Source of the DNA: Polyangiaceae bacterium | GTDB taxonomy: Bacteria; Myxococcota_A; Polyangia; Polyangiales; Polyangiaceae | Direction: 5' to 3' | Length of the DNA: 64,000 nucleotides | NCBI GenBank assembly: GCA_965222375.1 | Contig: CBDCTZ010000012.1 | Span: 352,001-416,000 of the forward strand | In this document: positions 1 through 9,924 of the stretch, piece after piece | Numbering within the stretch: the stretch's first letter is position 1 | Layout of the letters: each line of letters begins with the position of its first letter | Position numbers and translations under genes: made by a program | Notes under the pieces: generated by a model | The model's input: the letters and a program-made list of their open reading frames with translations, nothing else | What the model was told of the DNA's origin: nothing | The model's database searches: none

Positions 1-661
1 GATCACCTTGGATGGCATCGTCAACGTGGACTTCGCGGACGTTCGCACCGTGATGAGCGGCATGGGCCGCGCATTGATGGGTACGGGCTGCGCCAAGGGC
101 GAAGGTCGCGCGCGCTTGGCATCGGAGCACGCCATCACATCGCCCCTTCTAGACAACATCAGTGTCGAAGGCGCGACGGGTGTTCTTTTGAACGTGGTCG
201 GTGGCCCCGACATGAAGATGAAGGAAATCCAGGAGGCAGCGACGCTGATCCAGGAGCAAGCTCACGAGGACGCCAACATCATCTTTGGTGCGAGCATCGA
301 CGACACCATGGGTGACGCTGTCAAAGTGACTGTGATTGCGACGGGCTTCGACCAAGCTGAAGAAGAGATTCACGTCGAGGTTCACGAAGAAGCACCGCGG
401 CCAGCTTCGCGAATCGAGCGCAAGGACGCACTGCGGGAGGGGTTCTCCTCTTCCGCGCCGCCGTCCCGGGCGCCCGCGACGAGTCGAAGTGAGCCCTCAG
501 TTGCTTTCGCTTCGGCGCCGCGACGTTCCGCTGCGGTGGCCGCAAGCCTCCAAGCACCGTCGAGCGGTCTGCCCGTTCGTGAGCGCATCACGTTCCCGTC
601 CAGCCTCGATCACGAGGACTGGGACACCCCGGCGTTTCAGCGTCGGGGTAGCGGCGGCTGA
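1..661 (+). CDS. ftsZ: Cell division protein FtsZ, C-terminal part (gene starts before the window)
   Basis: GIVNVDFADVRTVM (T7 loop), IIFGASID, VKVTVIATGF, a disordered linker and the C-terminal peptide DTPAFQRR. Confidence 0.96.
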   Translation, partial: ITLDGIVNVDFADVRTVMSGMGRALMGTGCAKGEGRARLASEHAITSPLLDNISVEGATGVLLNVVGGPDMKMKEIQEAATLIQEQAHEDANIIFGASIDDTMGDAVKVTVIATGFDQAEEEIHVEVHEEAPRPASRIERKDALREGFSSSAPPSRAPATSRSEPSVAFASAPRRSAAVAASLQAPSSGLPVRERITFPSSLDHEDWDTPAFQRRGSGG

Positions 662-727
662 GCCGCCCTCCGGCGCCTGGGCTCCTGGGCGCCGCCTCGC
701 GTTCCCTCCTACGTTCCGTTGGTATGT

Positions 728-768
728 GCGCGTCCCCCGCTTTAGTCCGAGCGGGGGGCGCGTTTTTT
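728..768 (+). terminator. Rho-independent terminator after ftsZ
   Basis: 14-bp GC stem GCGCGTCCCCCGCT/AGCGGGGGGCGCGT (two G-U pairs) with an 8-nt loop, followed by a T6 run. Confidence 0.75.
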
Positions 769-898
769 CTGGCGTAGGCGCGATCTGGTTTTCAGTCTCG
801 TCGGAAATTTGAAGTGTAGGTTTGTTACGTACAGATAACTACAATGTAGGATACAGACCGACGTGTAGGTGATATCAATCAGGGCAGCTGGAGGTCCC

Positions 899-2326
899 AT
901 GAAATATGTCAGCTCCGTTGTCGTCTGTGTCGTGCTTGCGGCGGGTTGCGCTGCCGAGTCGTCGCCCGAGCCATCGGGGGTGTGTGGGCAGACCGCGCCG
1001 TGTGCCGGCGTCTCGCCAGACGGCAATGAGGACATCGACGTCGACGGTCTTTCCGTCGATGGGCTCAATGGCGGCAAGGCAGACGCGGTGGATCGGGTCC
1101 AGCGCGCGGTAGCCGACGCGACGGCAGATGGCGAACTCGATGAAGCGGACATCGCCGCGATCTTCGAGTCCGCTGGCAACCGCGTGAGCGCAGATGAGAT
1201 GAACGTCATTCGTATGGCTCTAGGCGAGGACGCCAAGTTCACGGTCACTCCGGAGGCGGGCGCGAAGGGGCGCGTGCTTGCGCGCACCCATGGCCTGCCG
1301 GCGGTCGAGATCGAGGTCATCCAATCCGGTCAGAGCTTCGGTGGGAGTGAAGTTCCTCCGGCCGTCAACGAACTAGCAACCCGCGCCCGGCTGTTCGGCG
1401 CAGTGGCCTACGACGTGCGCGAGGTTGACGACGACGGTGACCAGGTCTGGACCCACTACCCGTCCCTCAGCCCCGCAGTGGGCAACATGGCCTGGAGCTA
1501 CACCGAAATCACACCATTCGTCCTGGAATCGGACCGCGACGATGCAACGCTGCAATTCCTACAGGTCGTCGGCTACGACACCACGAGCAGCGGCGCCAAA
1601 CGCCCGCGCTACGAGACCCGCACCGGGGGAACCGGCAACATCAGCGCTCACTATGACGAGTCGTATCATCCGCAACTGATGGCTCGTGGCCAGTCGGGAC
1701 AGAAGTGGGCGAGTAATTGCGGGATCTTGTCGGATGGCACGGTGCACTGCCTGCCCGCAGTGCGGCGCGACATCAATCAGCGCGTGATTCTCACCAATCC
1801 GGCTCTGGCCCGAGGCCGCCGCCTCATGTATCACGGGCACATATCCGCCAAGGCCGGCGAGATCACCGATGTCGAGCTATCGGGGATCCCGAGCAAACTC
1901 ACTGCGCGTGGCAAGGTCGTTTTGATCGACCCTCTCAGCTTGCTGCAGGCCTGGGGTTTCCAGGTTCGCGACGGGCTGCAAGTACGCTGGGGCAATACGT
2001 CGGACGGAGTCCCATACCGCGATGCCTGGGCGGGCGTGTTGCGTGAGAAGCGCACCCTCGACACCCAGTGCGAAACCATCTGTGGCCTCAAGGCATCCGC
2101 TGCCTGCAACGCTGACGCGAGCCTCGCCACATGTGTGGGAATGTGTGCACACGACGATTCCGACGCCGCGACTCGGAAGGGCTGTGCTGGACCGTACGAG
2201 CGCCTGGCGGAGTGTCACGCAGCACTCACGGCGTCATCGTTCGTTTGTGTCGACGACGCGGCTCAGCCAGACGCGACGTCGTGCACGACCGAGGCCGACG
2301 AGCTTTCGAGTTGCCTGAATCCTTGA
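899..2326 (+). CDS. Hypothetical lipoprotein with a Cys-rich C-terminus
   Basis: GGAGG RBS before ATG 899, lipobox LAAGC, GKAD motif common in myxobacterial lipoproteins, Cys-rich tail. Confidence 0.75.
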   Translation: MKYVSSVVVCVVLAAGCAAESSPEPSGVCGQTAPCAGVSPDGNEDIDVDGLSVDGLNGGKADAVDRVQRAVADATADGELDEADIAAIFESAGNRVSADEMNVIRMALGEDAKFTVTPEAGAKGRVLARTHGLPAVEIEVIQSGQSFGGSEVPPAVNELATRARLFGAVAYDVREVDDDGDQVWTHYPSLSPAVGNMAWSYTEITPFVLESDRDDATLQFLQVVGYDTTSSGAKRPRYETRTGGTGNISAHYDESYHPQLMARGQSGQKWASNCGILSDGTVHCLPAVRRDINQRVILTNPALARGRRLMYHGHISAKAGEITDVELSGIPSKLTARGKVVLIDPLSLLQAWGFQVRDGLQVRWGNTSDGVPYRDAWAGVLREKRTLDTQCETICGLKASAACNADASLATCVGMCAHDDSDAATRKGCAGPYERLAECHAALTASSFVCVDDAAQPDATSCTTEADELSSCLNP

Positions 2327-2383
2327 ATCGCGGCACATTCAGCTGCGCGGCGGCGCCACATGAGGCATGATTGTGTTGGAGGT

Positions 2384-3043
2384 ATGAGGATGCGGGCTTT
2401 CTCTTGGGCGAGTGTGTGCGCGGTCGGCTTGTTGACGATTGGCTGTGGCGGTGACGACGGAACCGTGGGCGGCGCGGGTGGCGCTGCGGGTGCCGGCAAC
2501 GCGGGTGCGACGGGTGGCTTCGGCAACTTCGGTGGAACCGCGGGGAGCGCGGGAACGGCGGGCTCCGGCAACACTGGCAATACTGGCGGCTTTGCAGGTG
2601 CCGCTGGCGGCACTGCGGGAAGCGCAGGAACCTCCGGAAGCGCTGGCGTCGGAACGGGTGGTGCGGGCACGGGTGGTGCGGGCACGGGTGGTGCGGGCAC
2701 GGGTGGTGCGGGCACCGGCGGTGCGGGCACGGGTGGTGCGGGCACAGGTGGCGCTGGAACCGGCGGAGCGACAGGTGGCCCTTGCGCCGGGATCCAAACC
2801 GGCTTCCCGCCGGTGTGTGAGGCCTGCCTCAAGCAGCAGTGTTGCCCCGAAGTCAAGGCGTGCGACGACAGCCCAGCGTGCAAGAACCTCGTACAATGCC
2901 TGCAGCAGAATTGTGCGAACGCGCCCAACCTTGTCACATGTGCCATTCAGAACTGCTTCCAGTTCTTGAGTGGACAGACGTTGGCTACCGCCGCGCAAAC
3001 CTGCCAAGAGAACAAGTGCCCAACCCAGTGCACTTCGCTCTAG
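2384..3043 (+). CDS. Lipoprotein with a Gly/Thr-rich linker and a Cys-rich C-terminal domain (start 2384 or 2390)
   Basis: GGAGG RBS, lipobox LTIGC, TGGAG repeats, C-terminal CEACLKQQCC...C pattern. Confidence 0.8.
   Translation: MRMRAFSWASVCAVGLLTIGCGGDDGTVGGAGGAAGAGNAGATGGFGNFGGTAGSAGTAGSGNTGNTGGFAGAAGGTAGSAGTSGSAGVGTGGAGTGGAGTGGAGTGGAGTGGAGTGGAGTGGAGTGGATGGPCAGIQTGFPPVCEACLKQQCCPEVKACDDSPACKNLVQCLQQNCANAPNLVTCAIQNCFQFLSGQTLATAAQTCQENKCPTQCTSL
2654..2758 (+). repeat. 15-bp coding tandem repeat, 7 copies (TGGAG)
   Basis: ACGGGTGGTGCGGGC units: 5 identical and 2 synonymous variants. Confidence 0.9.
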
Positions 3044-3141
3044 CGGCGTGCTGCGATCGGTATTGATAGAGCAGAAGTTCGAGGTCTGCTGCCGCGGGCT
3101 CTGCTCAACTCGTGCCCGGGTGTCGCGTCGCTAAACCGTGA

Positions 3142-5385
3142 CTAGGTGTTGCTGTGCTCAGCGCCCGCCAGGGCCGTGGCGACCACGTCTTTGAGTTCCT
3201 GGGGAGTGAAAGGCTTTTGCACGAAAGGCCCGCCCCCGAAAGCCACTTCCTCCTCCGGCACGTAGCCGGACATGAACGCCACGCGCAGGCCGGGCTCGGC
3301 CCTCAGCATGGCTCGGGCCAGCTCGGGCCCACTCTCGCCGGGCATCATCACGTCCGTGACCATGACTTGGATCTGGTGCTCGGTGAAGCGCTGGCGGGCT
3401 TCTTCCGCGCTGGCAGCGGAGACCACGTCGTAGCCGGCTTTCTTCAGGATGCGGACGGCTGTGCGCCGCACGGTGGCTTCGTCCTCCACGACCAAAACCT
3501 TGGCGCCCCTCTGCGCCTTCGGGGATTCGACGGCGGACATCGGCGTCGTACGCGCCGGCGCAGCGGTGGCTGGGAGCCAGACCTCCACTGTGGTGCCAGC
3601 GCCCATCTGCGACTGCAGTACGACCCGCCCGCCACTTTGTCTCGCGATGGTGCGAACCGTGGACAGCCCCAGTCCCGTGCCGCGGCCCGGCGCTTTCGTC
3701 GTGAAGAAAGGAGTGAATGCCCGCTCCAGGGTCTCTTCGGTCATACCCTGCCCCGTGTCCGTGACCCGGAGCTGCACGTAGGGGCCCGGACGGAGACGAC
3801 CCACCGTTTCCTCGGCGTCGAGGTCGACGCATCGGGTTTCAATTTCGATGGTTCCGCCGCGCGGCATGGCGTCTCGCGCATTCAGCACCAGATTGAGCAC
3901 GATTTGTTCGAGCTGAGACTGATCCGCAAACACGAGCGCGGGTTCGTCGCTGCTGACGATGTTCAGCGCCACTGTTTCCTCGACAATGCGGCGTAGCCAG
4001 GATGTGAGCTGCTCGACTACACCGCGCAGGTCCAGCACTTCGAGTTCGACGGCCTGACGGCGTCCGAAAGACATCAAGCGTTGGGTCAGGGCGGCGCCCC
4101 GCTCGGCCCCGGCTTTGATCTCGTCGACCAGATTTCGGCCGGGGTGCTCGCTGCCTAGCTCCTCGGATAGCATGCTTGCGGCGCCCAACACGCTCGTAAG
4201 TACGTTGGAGAAGTCATGGGCCACGCCGGCTGCCAGTAGCCCCACGGCCTCCAACTTCTGCGCCTGCATGAGGTCGGCCTCAAGCTGTTTGCGTTCGCTC
4301 ACATCTCGGGCAGCGCTCAGCACGACGTTGCGTCCATCGTAGACCAACGACGCCGCATTGGCTTCAAAGTGTATTAGGGCGCCGTCCTTGCGGCGGTGGA
4401 CCACCTCGTACCCTGTGCTCGTGGCAGCGTCCTGATTGCGAAGGTCGGTCATGCTCGGACGCGTTCCCGTCGAGAACTCCGCCAAAGAGCTGCCGACAAG
4501 TTCCTCTCGAGTCATCCCGTACAGCTCACAGGCTCGCCGGTTGGCCTCGAGCACCACTTCGGTTTCCGCGTCGAAGAGCAACACCGCGTCGTGCAAGTGT
4601 TGAAGTAGGTACTCGTGGTCGCGCAACGTGCGTCGCTGCTTGGTTTGATCGATCGTGACGCCCAGGCTGCCGTAGACGTAGCCGGTCTCGTCCCGCATCG
4701 GCACGGTCCAGATTTCCACGGGAATGAGCCCGCCGTCCTTGTGAGCGCGTTTGGTGTCGAGTCCACGAATGGTCTCGCCAGCGACGGTGCGCTCCAGCAC
4801 ATGTCGATGTTGTTCTTGCAGTTGCCCGGGAGCGAGAGGGAAGGGGTTGCCCAAGACCTCGTGGGCCTGCCAGCCGAAGAGCTGCTCCGCGGCTCGGTTC
4901 CACAACAAGACGCGACCCTCGGCGTCCAGCACACTGATACCCAGGGGAAAACCGCTGAGCGCAGCTCGCAGCGTGCGCACGGATTGCTCTACCGCTACCC
5001 ATTCTGTGATGTCGCGTATGGTCGACTGGGTGCCAACCAGCTTGCCTTGCTCCTGGACCTCGCGGACGGTGACTTCAGCCCAGAAGCGCTGTCCGCCCTT
5101 CTTGACCCCACGATAGCGGAACTGAGACGGAGGAGTTTCGCCTCGCATGCGTTGTTCGTGACGGGCACGGAGTTCGTCGTGGAATTCGGTGTCGACGTAG
5201 TCTTCCAGTTCCAAGCCGGCGAGCACATCGTCCGTGCTGACCTCGAACATGTCGAGGAACGCCTGATTCGCGTACACGACGCGCCCCGCAATGTCGTCGA
5301 CCATCACTGCTTGGGAGACGCGATCGAGCACTGCCTTCAAGCTCAGCTTGAGGGTTGCGGGAAACTCACGCGCGTTTTCGGACAT
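3142..5385 (-). CDS. Hybrid sensor histidine kinase (3 PAS + HisKA + HATPase + receiver)
   Basis: Three PAS/PAC blocks, H-box AHDFSN, N-box NLVLNARDAM, G-boxes DTGQGM and GTGLGL, receiver DVMMPG...KPF. Start set at MSENAREF to avoid overlap with the divergent gene. Confidence 0.93.
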   Translation of the reverse strand: MSENAREFPATLKLSLKAVLDRVSQAVMVDDIAGRVVYANQAFLDMFEVSTDDVLAGLELEDYVDTEFHDELRARHEQRMRGETPPSQFRYRGVKKGGQRFWAEVTVREVQEQGKLVGTQSTIRDITEWVAVEQSVRTLRAALSGFPLGISVLDAEGRVLLWNRAAEQLFGWQAHEVLGNPFPLAPGQLQEQHRHVLERTVAGETIRGLDTKRAHKDGGLIPVEIWTVPMRDETGYVYGSLGVTIDQTKQRRTLRDHEYLLQHLHDAVLLFDAETEVVLEANRRACELYGMTREELVGSSLAEFSTGTRPSMTDLRNQDAATSTGYEVVHRRKDGALIHFEANAASLVYDGRNVVLSAARDVSERKQLEADLMQAQKLEAVGLLAAGVAHDFSNVLTSVLGAASMLSEELGSEHPGRNLVDEIKAGAERGAALTQRLMSFGRRQAVELEVLDLRGVVEQLTSWLRRIVEETVALNIVSSDEPALVFADQSQLEQIVLNLVLNARDAMPRGGTIEIETRCVDLDAEETVGRLRPGPYVQLRVTDTGQGMTEETLERAFTPFFTTKAPGRGTGLGLSTVRTIARQSGGRVVLQSQMGAGTTVEVWLPATAAPARTTPMSAVESPKAQRGAKVLVVEDEATVRRTAVRILKKAGYDVVSAASAEEARQRFTEHQIQVMVTDVMMPGESGPELARAMLRAEPGLRVAFMSGYVPEEEVAFGGGPFVQKPFTPQELKDVVATALAGAEHSNT

Positions 5386-5493
5386 GGGGCGTAAAGAGCA
5401 GGGGTCTACGATACCGAACGACCTCCAGGCGCCAATTGTGAATCGTCTTGGCCGGCCCTTGTCCCAAGGCGACGCGTCCCCTATGTAGGCGCT

Positions 5494-6654
5494 GTGACTA
5501 CCTGGTCGCCTTTGGAGCCCGCTGCGGTTCGGCCGCGCTATCGAGCGTTTCTGGTCGACGGCCGCTGCTATCTCACGGGACACTCTCACCAAGCATGGCC
5601 GGACGTGGCTCGAGAGGGACTGCTCGAGAGCTTCGATGACGCGGCGCAGCACAAGGATGACAAGTGGAGCTACGCCATGGCTCGGGCCCAGCGCGTACGT
5701 GAGGGCATCGTGGAGCGCATTGGGGGCGATGCTGACGAATTCGCTCTCGGCGCCAACACCCACGAGCTAGTGGTGCGGCTACTCAGTGCTTTGGACCTAT
5801 CGACGCGGCGTCACCTCGTGACCACGAGCGGCGAATTCCACAGCCTCTCCCGCCAGCTGCGCCGACTATCCGAAGCTGGCATCGAGGTTACGGTCGTAGA
5901 TGCACAGCCCGTGGCCACCCTCGCTGAGCGCTTGCTAGCTGCATTTCGAGACGACACAGCCGCGGTCCTGTGCTCGACCGTGTTGTTCCAGACCGCGACG
6001 TTGGTTCCGGGCCTATCTGAGCTGGCGCGCGCAGCGGAGGCTCGTGAGGTCGTCGCCCTGCTCGACATTTATCACGCCTTCAACGTAGTGCCCCTTTCAC
6101 TATCTGACTTTCCGCCGTCGGTGTTCGTGACGGGTGGTGGCTACAAGTACGCGCAGTGGGGCGAGGGAGTCTGCTTTCTGCGTGTCCCGGCCAGCTCCGC
6201 ACTGCGCCCCGTGTATACTGGGTGGTTCGCCGACTTCGAAAACTTGGACGCAGCCCAGGGTTCGCAAGTCGGTTACGGAGAACGTGGCGCGGATCGCTTC
6301 GCTGGGAGTACCTATGACCCCGCCAGTCACTACCGGGCTTGTCGCGTGATCGACATGTTCCGAGAGCAAGACTGGAACGTCGACGCACTGCGCAAACTTT
6401 CCATCAGGCAAACCAGCAGGTTGATCGATGGATTGGACGGCTTCGAATTGATGACTCCGCGAGACCCTGGGGCTAGAGGCGGTTTCGTTGCGCTTCGGCG
6501 CCCCGACGCTCTGGCACTGGTGGGGGAGCTTCGGAAACGTGGGGTATTTGTCGACGCTCGCGCGGACACGCTTCGCCTGGGGCCAGCGCCCTACGTGACG
6601 GACGACGAGATTGACAGAGCATTGTTCGAGCTTCGTCGGCTGTGCAGAGTTTGA
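5494..6654 (+). CDS. kynU: Kynureninase-like class V PLP-dependent enzyme
   Basis: YLTGHSH, DIYHA (PLP Asp), GGGYKYAQWGEG (PLP Lys), GWF, RGGFV, LRLGPAPY. Confidence 0.8.
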   Translation: MTTWSPLEPAAVRPRYRAFLVDGRCYLTGHSHQAWPDVAREGLLESFDDAAQHKDDKWSYAMARAQRVREGIVERIGGDADEFALGANTHELVVRLLSALDLSTRRHLVTTSGEFHSLSRQLRRLSEAGIEVTVVDAQPVATLAERLLAAFRDDTAAVLCSTVLFQTATLVPGLSELARAAEAREVVALLDIYHAFNVVPLSLSDFPPSVFVTGGGYKYAQWGEGVCFLRVPASSALRPVYTGWFADFENLDAAQGSQVGYGERGADRFAGSTYDPASHYRACRVIDMFREQDWNVDALRKLSIRQTSRLIDGLDGFELMTPRDPGARGGFVALRRPDALALVGELRKRGVFVDARADTLRLGPAPYVTDDEIDRALFELRRLCRV

Positions 6655-6741
6655 GCCGAGCTGTGGCAAATCCGCGACAGGTGCTGACAAGATTGTCGCT
6701 CCAGTCGCACGACCTTCGAAGTTTTGTGGGGCAGGCGGCGG

Positions 6742-6758
6742 CTGGCAAGGGTATTGCT
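6742..6758 (+). promoter_or_regulatory. Sigma-54 -24/-12 promoter
   Basis: CTGGCAAGGGTATTGCT has GG-N10-GC with TGGCA and TTGCT, about 38 nt before ATG 6796. An upstream dyad CTGT-N12-ACAG lies at 6661-6680. Confidence 0.7.
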
Positions 6759-6795
6759 AAGCAGTGCGAGCCACGAAGGCGGTAGGAGGGTGCGG

Positions 6796-8550
6796 ATGCG
6801 TCGATACTTGGGGCTAGCGCTGGTTGCGGCAGTCGGCTGCAGCCAGCATCCACCGGAGGGAACTGCGGTCACGCCAGGCCGGGGAGTGGCCGGGATCCCC
6901 GGGGGACCGTCAGGTACCCAGACAGAGCGGGCGACGCCGGTGCTGGGTGGCACCTTGGCAATCAATGCGAGCGACGTCGCGGTCGTGGCTGATCCGGATC
7001 GCGATCGTGTTTTCGTTGTCGATTTGGCAAGTTCGTTGGTTCGAGAAATCCCAACTGCCCCCGGAGCCGAACCGGGCCGCGTCGTCTTCGGAGCGGGAGC
7101 GACGGCTTTCGTTGCGTTGCGTCGCACCGGCCAGGTCATGAGTGTGGACACCACCCAGGGCGTAGCGCGCGAGGTCCGGTCGGTATGTCCTGCGCCTCGG
7201 GGTATGGCCTACGATGCGCTGGCGGGACGGTTGCACGTCGCCTGTGCCACTGGGGAATTGGTGTCCTTTGCGGATACAGGGAAGCCAACTCGCCACCTGC
7301 AGCTCGGTGGCGATCTGCGGGACGTGCTGATCGATGGAACCCGCCTGTTGGTCACTCGCTTCAAGAGCGCAGAGCTACTCGTTCTGGATGAGAACGGGGA
7401 GGTCTCTGGCACGGTGCGCCCGCAGGTATCGCCGCCCCAATCTGCCAAGCTCGGCGTTGCCTGGCGGGCGTTGCGTCTGAACGACGGCACCGTTGCCATG
7501 TTGCATCAGATTGCCACTGCGGACCCCGTTCGCCCTGAACCGGGTGGCTACGGATCCGGCGCCAGCAACCCGTGCAGCCCCGCGATTGCCGGTGAGGGAG
7601 TTTCCCGGCTGGACCCGGAACAGTCCACCGCGCCGAACTTGGGAGTGACGACGCTGCCCATGTTCGCCGGCCCTACGGATGTCGCCGTGTCGCCCGATGG
7701 TACCGAAGTATCATTTTCGAATCTTGCGAATGCATGGAACCCCGAGCAATTGCCAACGGTGGTCACGCTGCCGCTGCAGAGCATTGGAATGCAGCCTTGC
7801 GGAGCGGTTCAGCCGGAGCCCCGCGTGCCCGGAGAGCCGGTTGCCCTCGCGTACGCGAAGTCCGGGCAGCTCTGGGTACAGAGCCGGGAGCCCGCCACCC
7901 TGCAGCGGGTCGGCGGAGGCAGCATCGTTCTCAGTACGGACAGTCGTGCGGACACTGGGTTCGCTCTTTTCCACATGAATAGCGGTAGCGGCATTGCCTG
8001 CGTGTCTTGTCATGCTGATGGGAGCGAGGATGGTCGTGTCTGGGATTTCGCGGGCATCGGGCCGCGTCGAACCCAGGCGCTCGGAGGCGGCGTGCTGAGT
8101 CGGGCGCCCTTTCATTGGGACGGCGACATCGAGGATTTTGATTCCCTCGTGCACGAAGTATTCGTGTCCCGGATGGGAGCGGAGCGTCCGAACCTGGCGC
8201 AGCGCCAACTCTTCGCCCGCTACGTGAACCGCTTGGAGCCCCCTTCGCGCCCGGTCGTGGACTCCGCGAGGGCGCAGCGTGGCGAGAAGCTATTCGAGAC
8301 CGCCGAGTGTTCCAGCTGCCATAGCGGTCCTTCCCTGACCAACGTGGAACGCTTCGATGTTGGCACCGGAGGGACCTTCAAGGTGCCATCGCTATTGGGG
8401 ATCGCGGCTCGCGCGCCCTTCATGCACGATGGTTGCGCTGAGACCCTCATCGACCGTTTCGGCCCGTGTGGTGGACAGCGTCACGGGGACCTGACCGGCC
8501 TCGATGCCGAGGATCTGAAGGACCTGACTGCCTACTTGGAAACCCTGTGA
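6796..8550 (+). CDS. Lipoprotein: beta-propeller plus di-heme cytochrome c (peroxidase/MauG-like C-terminus)
   Basis: AGGAGG RBS, lipobox AVGC, YVTN-like repeats, CVSCH and CSSCH, APFHWDG, FKVPSL..APFMHDG. Confidence 0.85.
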   Translation: MRRYLGLALVAAVGCSQHPPEGTAVTPGRGVAGIPGGPSGTQTERATPVLGGTLAINASDVAVVADPDRDRVFVVDLASSLVREIPTAPGAEPGRVVFGAGATAFVALRRTGQVMSVDTTQGVAREVRSVCPAPRGMAYDALAGRLHVACATGELVSFADTGKPTRHLQLGGDLRDVLIDGTRLLVTRFKSAELLVLDENGEVSGTVRPQVSPPQSAKLGVAWRALRLNDGTVAMLHQIATADPVRPEPGGYGSGASNPCSPAIAGEGVSRLDPEQSTAPNLGVTTLPMFAGPTDVAVSPDGTEVSFSNLANAWNPEQLPTVVTLPLQSIGMQPCGAVQPEPRVPGEPVALAYAKSGQLWVQSREPATLQRVGGGSIVLSTDSRADTGFALFHMNSGSGIACVSCHADGSEDGRVWDFAGIGPRRTQALGGGVLSRAPFHWDGDIEDFDSLVHEVFVSRMGAERPNLAQRQLFARYVNRLEPPSRPVVDSARAQRGEKLFETAECSSCHSGPSLTNVERFDVGTGGTFKVPSLLGIAARAPFMHDGCAETLIDRFGPCGGQRHGDLTGLDAEDLKDLTAYLETL

Positions 8551-9377
8551 ATCGACACATCTCGACCCTAGCCGCTGCGCTCGTCAGTGTCGCGACCGTC
8601 GCGGAAGCTGAGGGGGCAGAAGGCCAGCCCGGGGAACGCCCAGCGCAAGTCGCGCCGAGATACGCTCCGGGGCATGGCCCGCCCCAGCAGTATCCAGCGC
8701 AGGCGGCCTATCCGCCACCGGCCGGCTACGGTCCCCAGCCCAGAGCTGCACCGCCACCTGGTTATCAGCCGCAAGGCTATCCACCGGCGCGACCCGCCTA
8801 CGGGCCTTATGCCGTTGCGGAGCGCCCCGCGTCACCGCCTCCGAAGGAAGCCGAGAAGCAGCAAGAGCGTTCCTACCTCGTGCGCTTGGGGATCGGCGCT
8901 GGCCCGATCGCGGCAAGCGAGCACAAGGATTTGCTACGTGAAGACGGCTACTCCCTGGGGGCGTTGTTCTGGATCTTCGCAAGCGCGGACTGGCTGCTCG
9001 CCGCGCCAATCGGGCTCGGGGTTTGGGGCGCCTACGCGAATGGTGGCGATCGCCCGGATATGGGCGGACCTGAGCTGAGCTACGAAGTGGGCTACCTCGG
9101 TGCTGAAGTGCCTTTCGTCGCAGGCAACGACACCTTCGGTATCGTGGTGGCCCCGCGGGTGGGAGTGGCCGTTGGTGCTCTCTCTCTGGGTACCGGTGCT
9201 GGCGACTCACAAACCGCACCTGCCTTCGGCGCCGACGTGGGGATGTTGTTCTTCAAGGCCCATCTCGGCTTCGGATTCAGCTACCTGCGCGCACCTACGG
9301 ATCCACCCGGGGAGATCGGCCGGGACTTCGACCTGGGAGGATGGATGCTCTATATCGAGGGAGTTGTCGATGGCTGA
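8547..9377 (+). CDS. Secreted protein with a Pro/Tyr/Gln-rich N-terminus and a probable small outer-membrane beta-barrel
   Basis: GTGA overlap with the upstream stop, signal peptide, alternating amphipathic beta-strand segments. Confidence 0.6.
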   Translation: MNRHISTLAAALVSVATVAEAEGAEGQPGERPAQVAPRYAPGHGPPQQYPAQAAYPPPAGYGPQPRAAPPPGYQPQGYPPARPAYGPYAVAERPASPPPKEAEKQQERSYLVRLGIGAGPIAASEHKDLLREDGYSLGALFWIFASADWLLAAPIGLGVWGAYANGGDRPDMGGPELSYEVGYLGAEVPFVAGNDTFGIVVAPRVGVAVGALSLGTGAGDSQTAPAFGADVGMLFFKAHLGFGFSYLRAPTDPPGEIGRDFDLGGWMLYIEGVVDG

Positions 9378-9924
9378 GCGCGGTGCGCGTCGAGTTCGCA
9401 GATCCGTTCTCGTCCTGGTCGTCGTCGCTGCGGGTGCCTGCGGACGAGAAGACGGTGAAGCTCGCCTGGTCGATCGCGCGTGCCGTTCCGGGCGCTGCAC
9501 GACCTCTGGATCCGCTCGTCAGGTTTCCGGCATCACTTCGGACAGCGTAGGTTTTCGCTTGGGGCCTGGGCCCGGAAAGATCGTGATTCCGCTGCCCACG
9601 TTCACGAGCCAGGGCAACAATTCATTTCATGTGGAGTTGTTGGCCGCGGGCAGTGGGCAACTAGAAACCCGATTGACCCAGGAGACATGTGATTCTTCGG
9701 GGTCGGGATGCAGTATCGCGGAGGTCGACACTGCGTCCAGCTTCCTCGGACGTGAGTACCGTTGGCACTCCGGCGGCACCTTCGTCGGCAAGCAGTCGGC
9801 GGGCTTCGCCGGGTTTGTCCTAGAGATCGAGCTCGACCAACCTGGCGACGCAGAGATCGCGGACATTCGCTACGACCGATTCGACGCCATCAGCTGCGCC
9901 GTGCGCGCGCCTGGTGCCCGCTGA
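9370..9924 (+). CDS. Hypothetical lipoprotein
   Basis: ATG overlaps the previous gene end; signal LVLVVVAAGAC. Confidence 0.6.
   Translation: MAERGARRVRRSVLVLVVVAAGACGREDGEARLVDRACRSGRCTTSGSARQVSGITSDSVGFRLGPGPGKIVIPLPTFTSQGNNSFHVELLAAGSGQLETRLTQETCDSSGSGCSIAEVDTASSFLGREYRWHSGGTFVGKQSAGFAGFVLEIELDQPGDAEIADIRYDRFDAISCAVRAPGAR

Noticed and set aside
5386..5763. N-terminal extension of the kinase ORF to 5763
   Set aside because: It overlaps the divergent kynureninase-like gene and has no domain features
9885..9924. SCAVRAPG as a MYXO-CTERM signal
   Set aside because: No TM helix or Arg cluster follows before the stop
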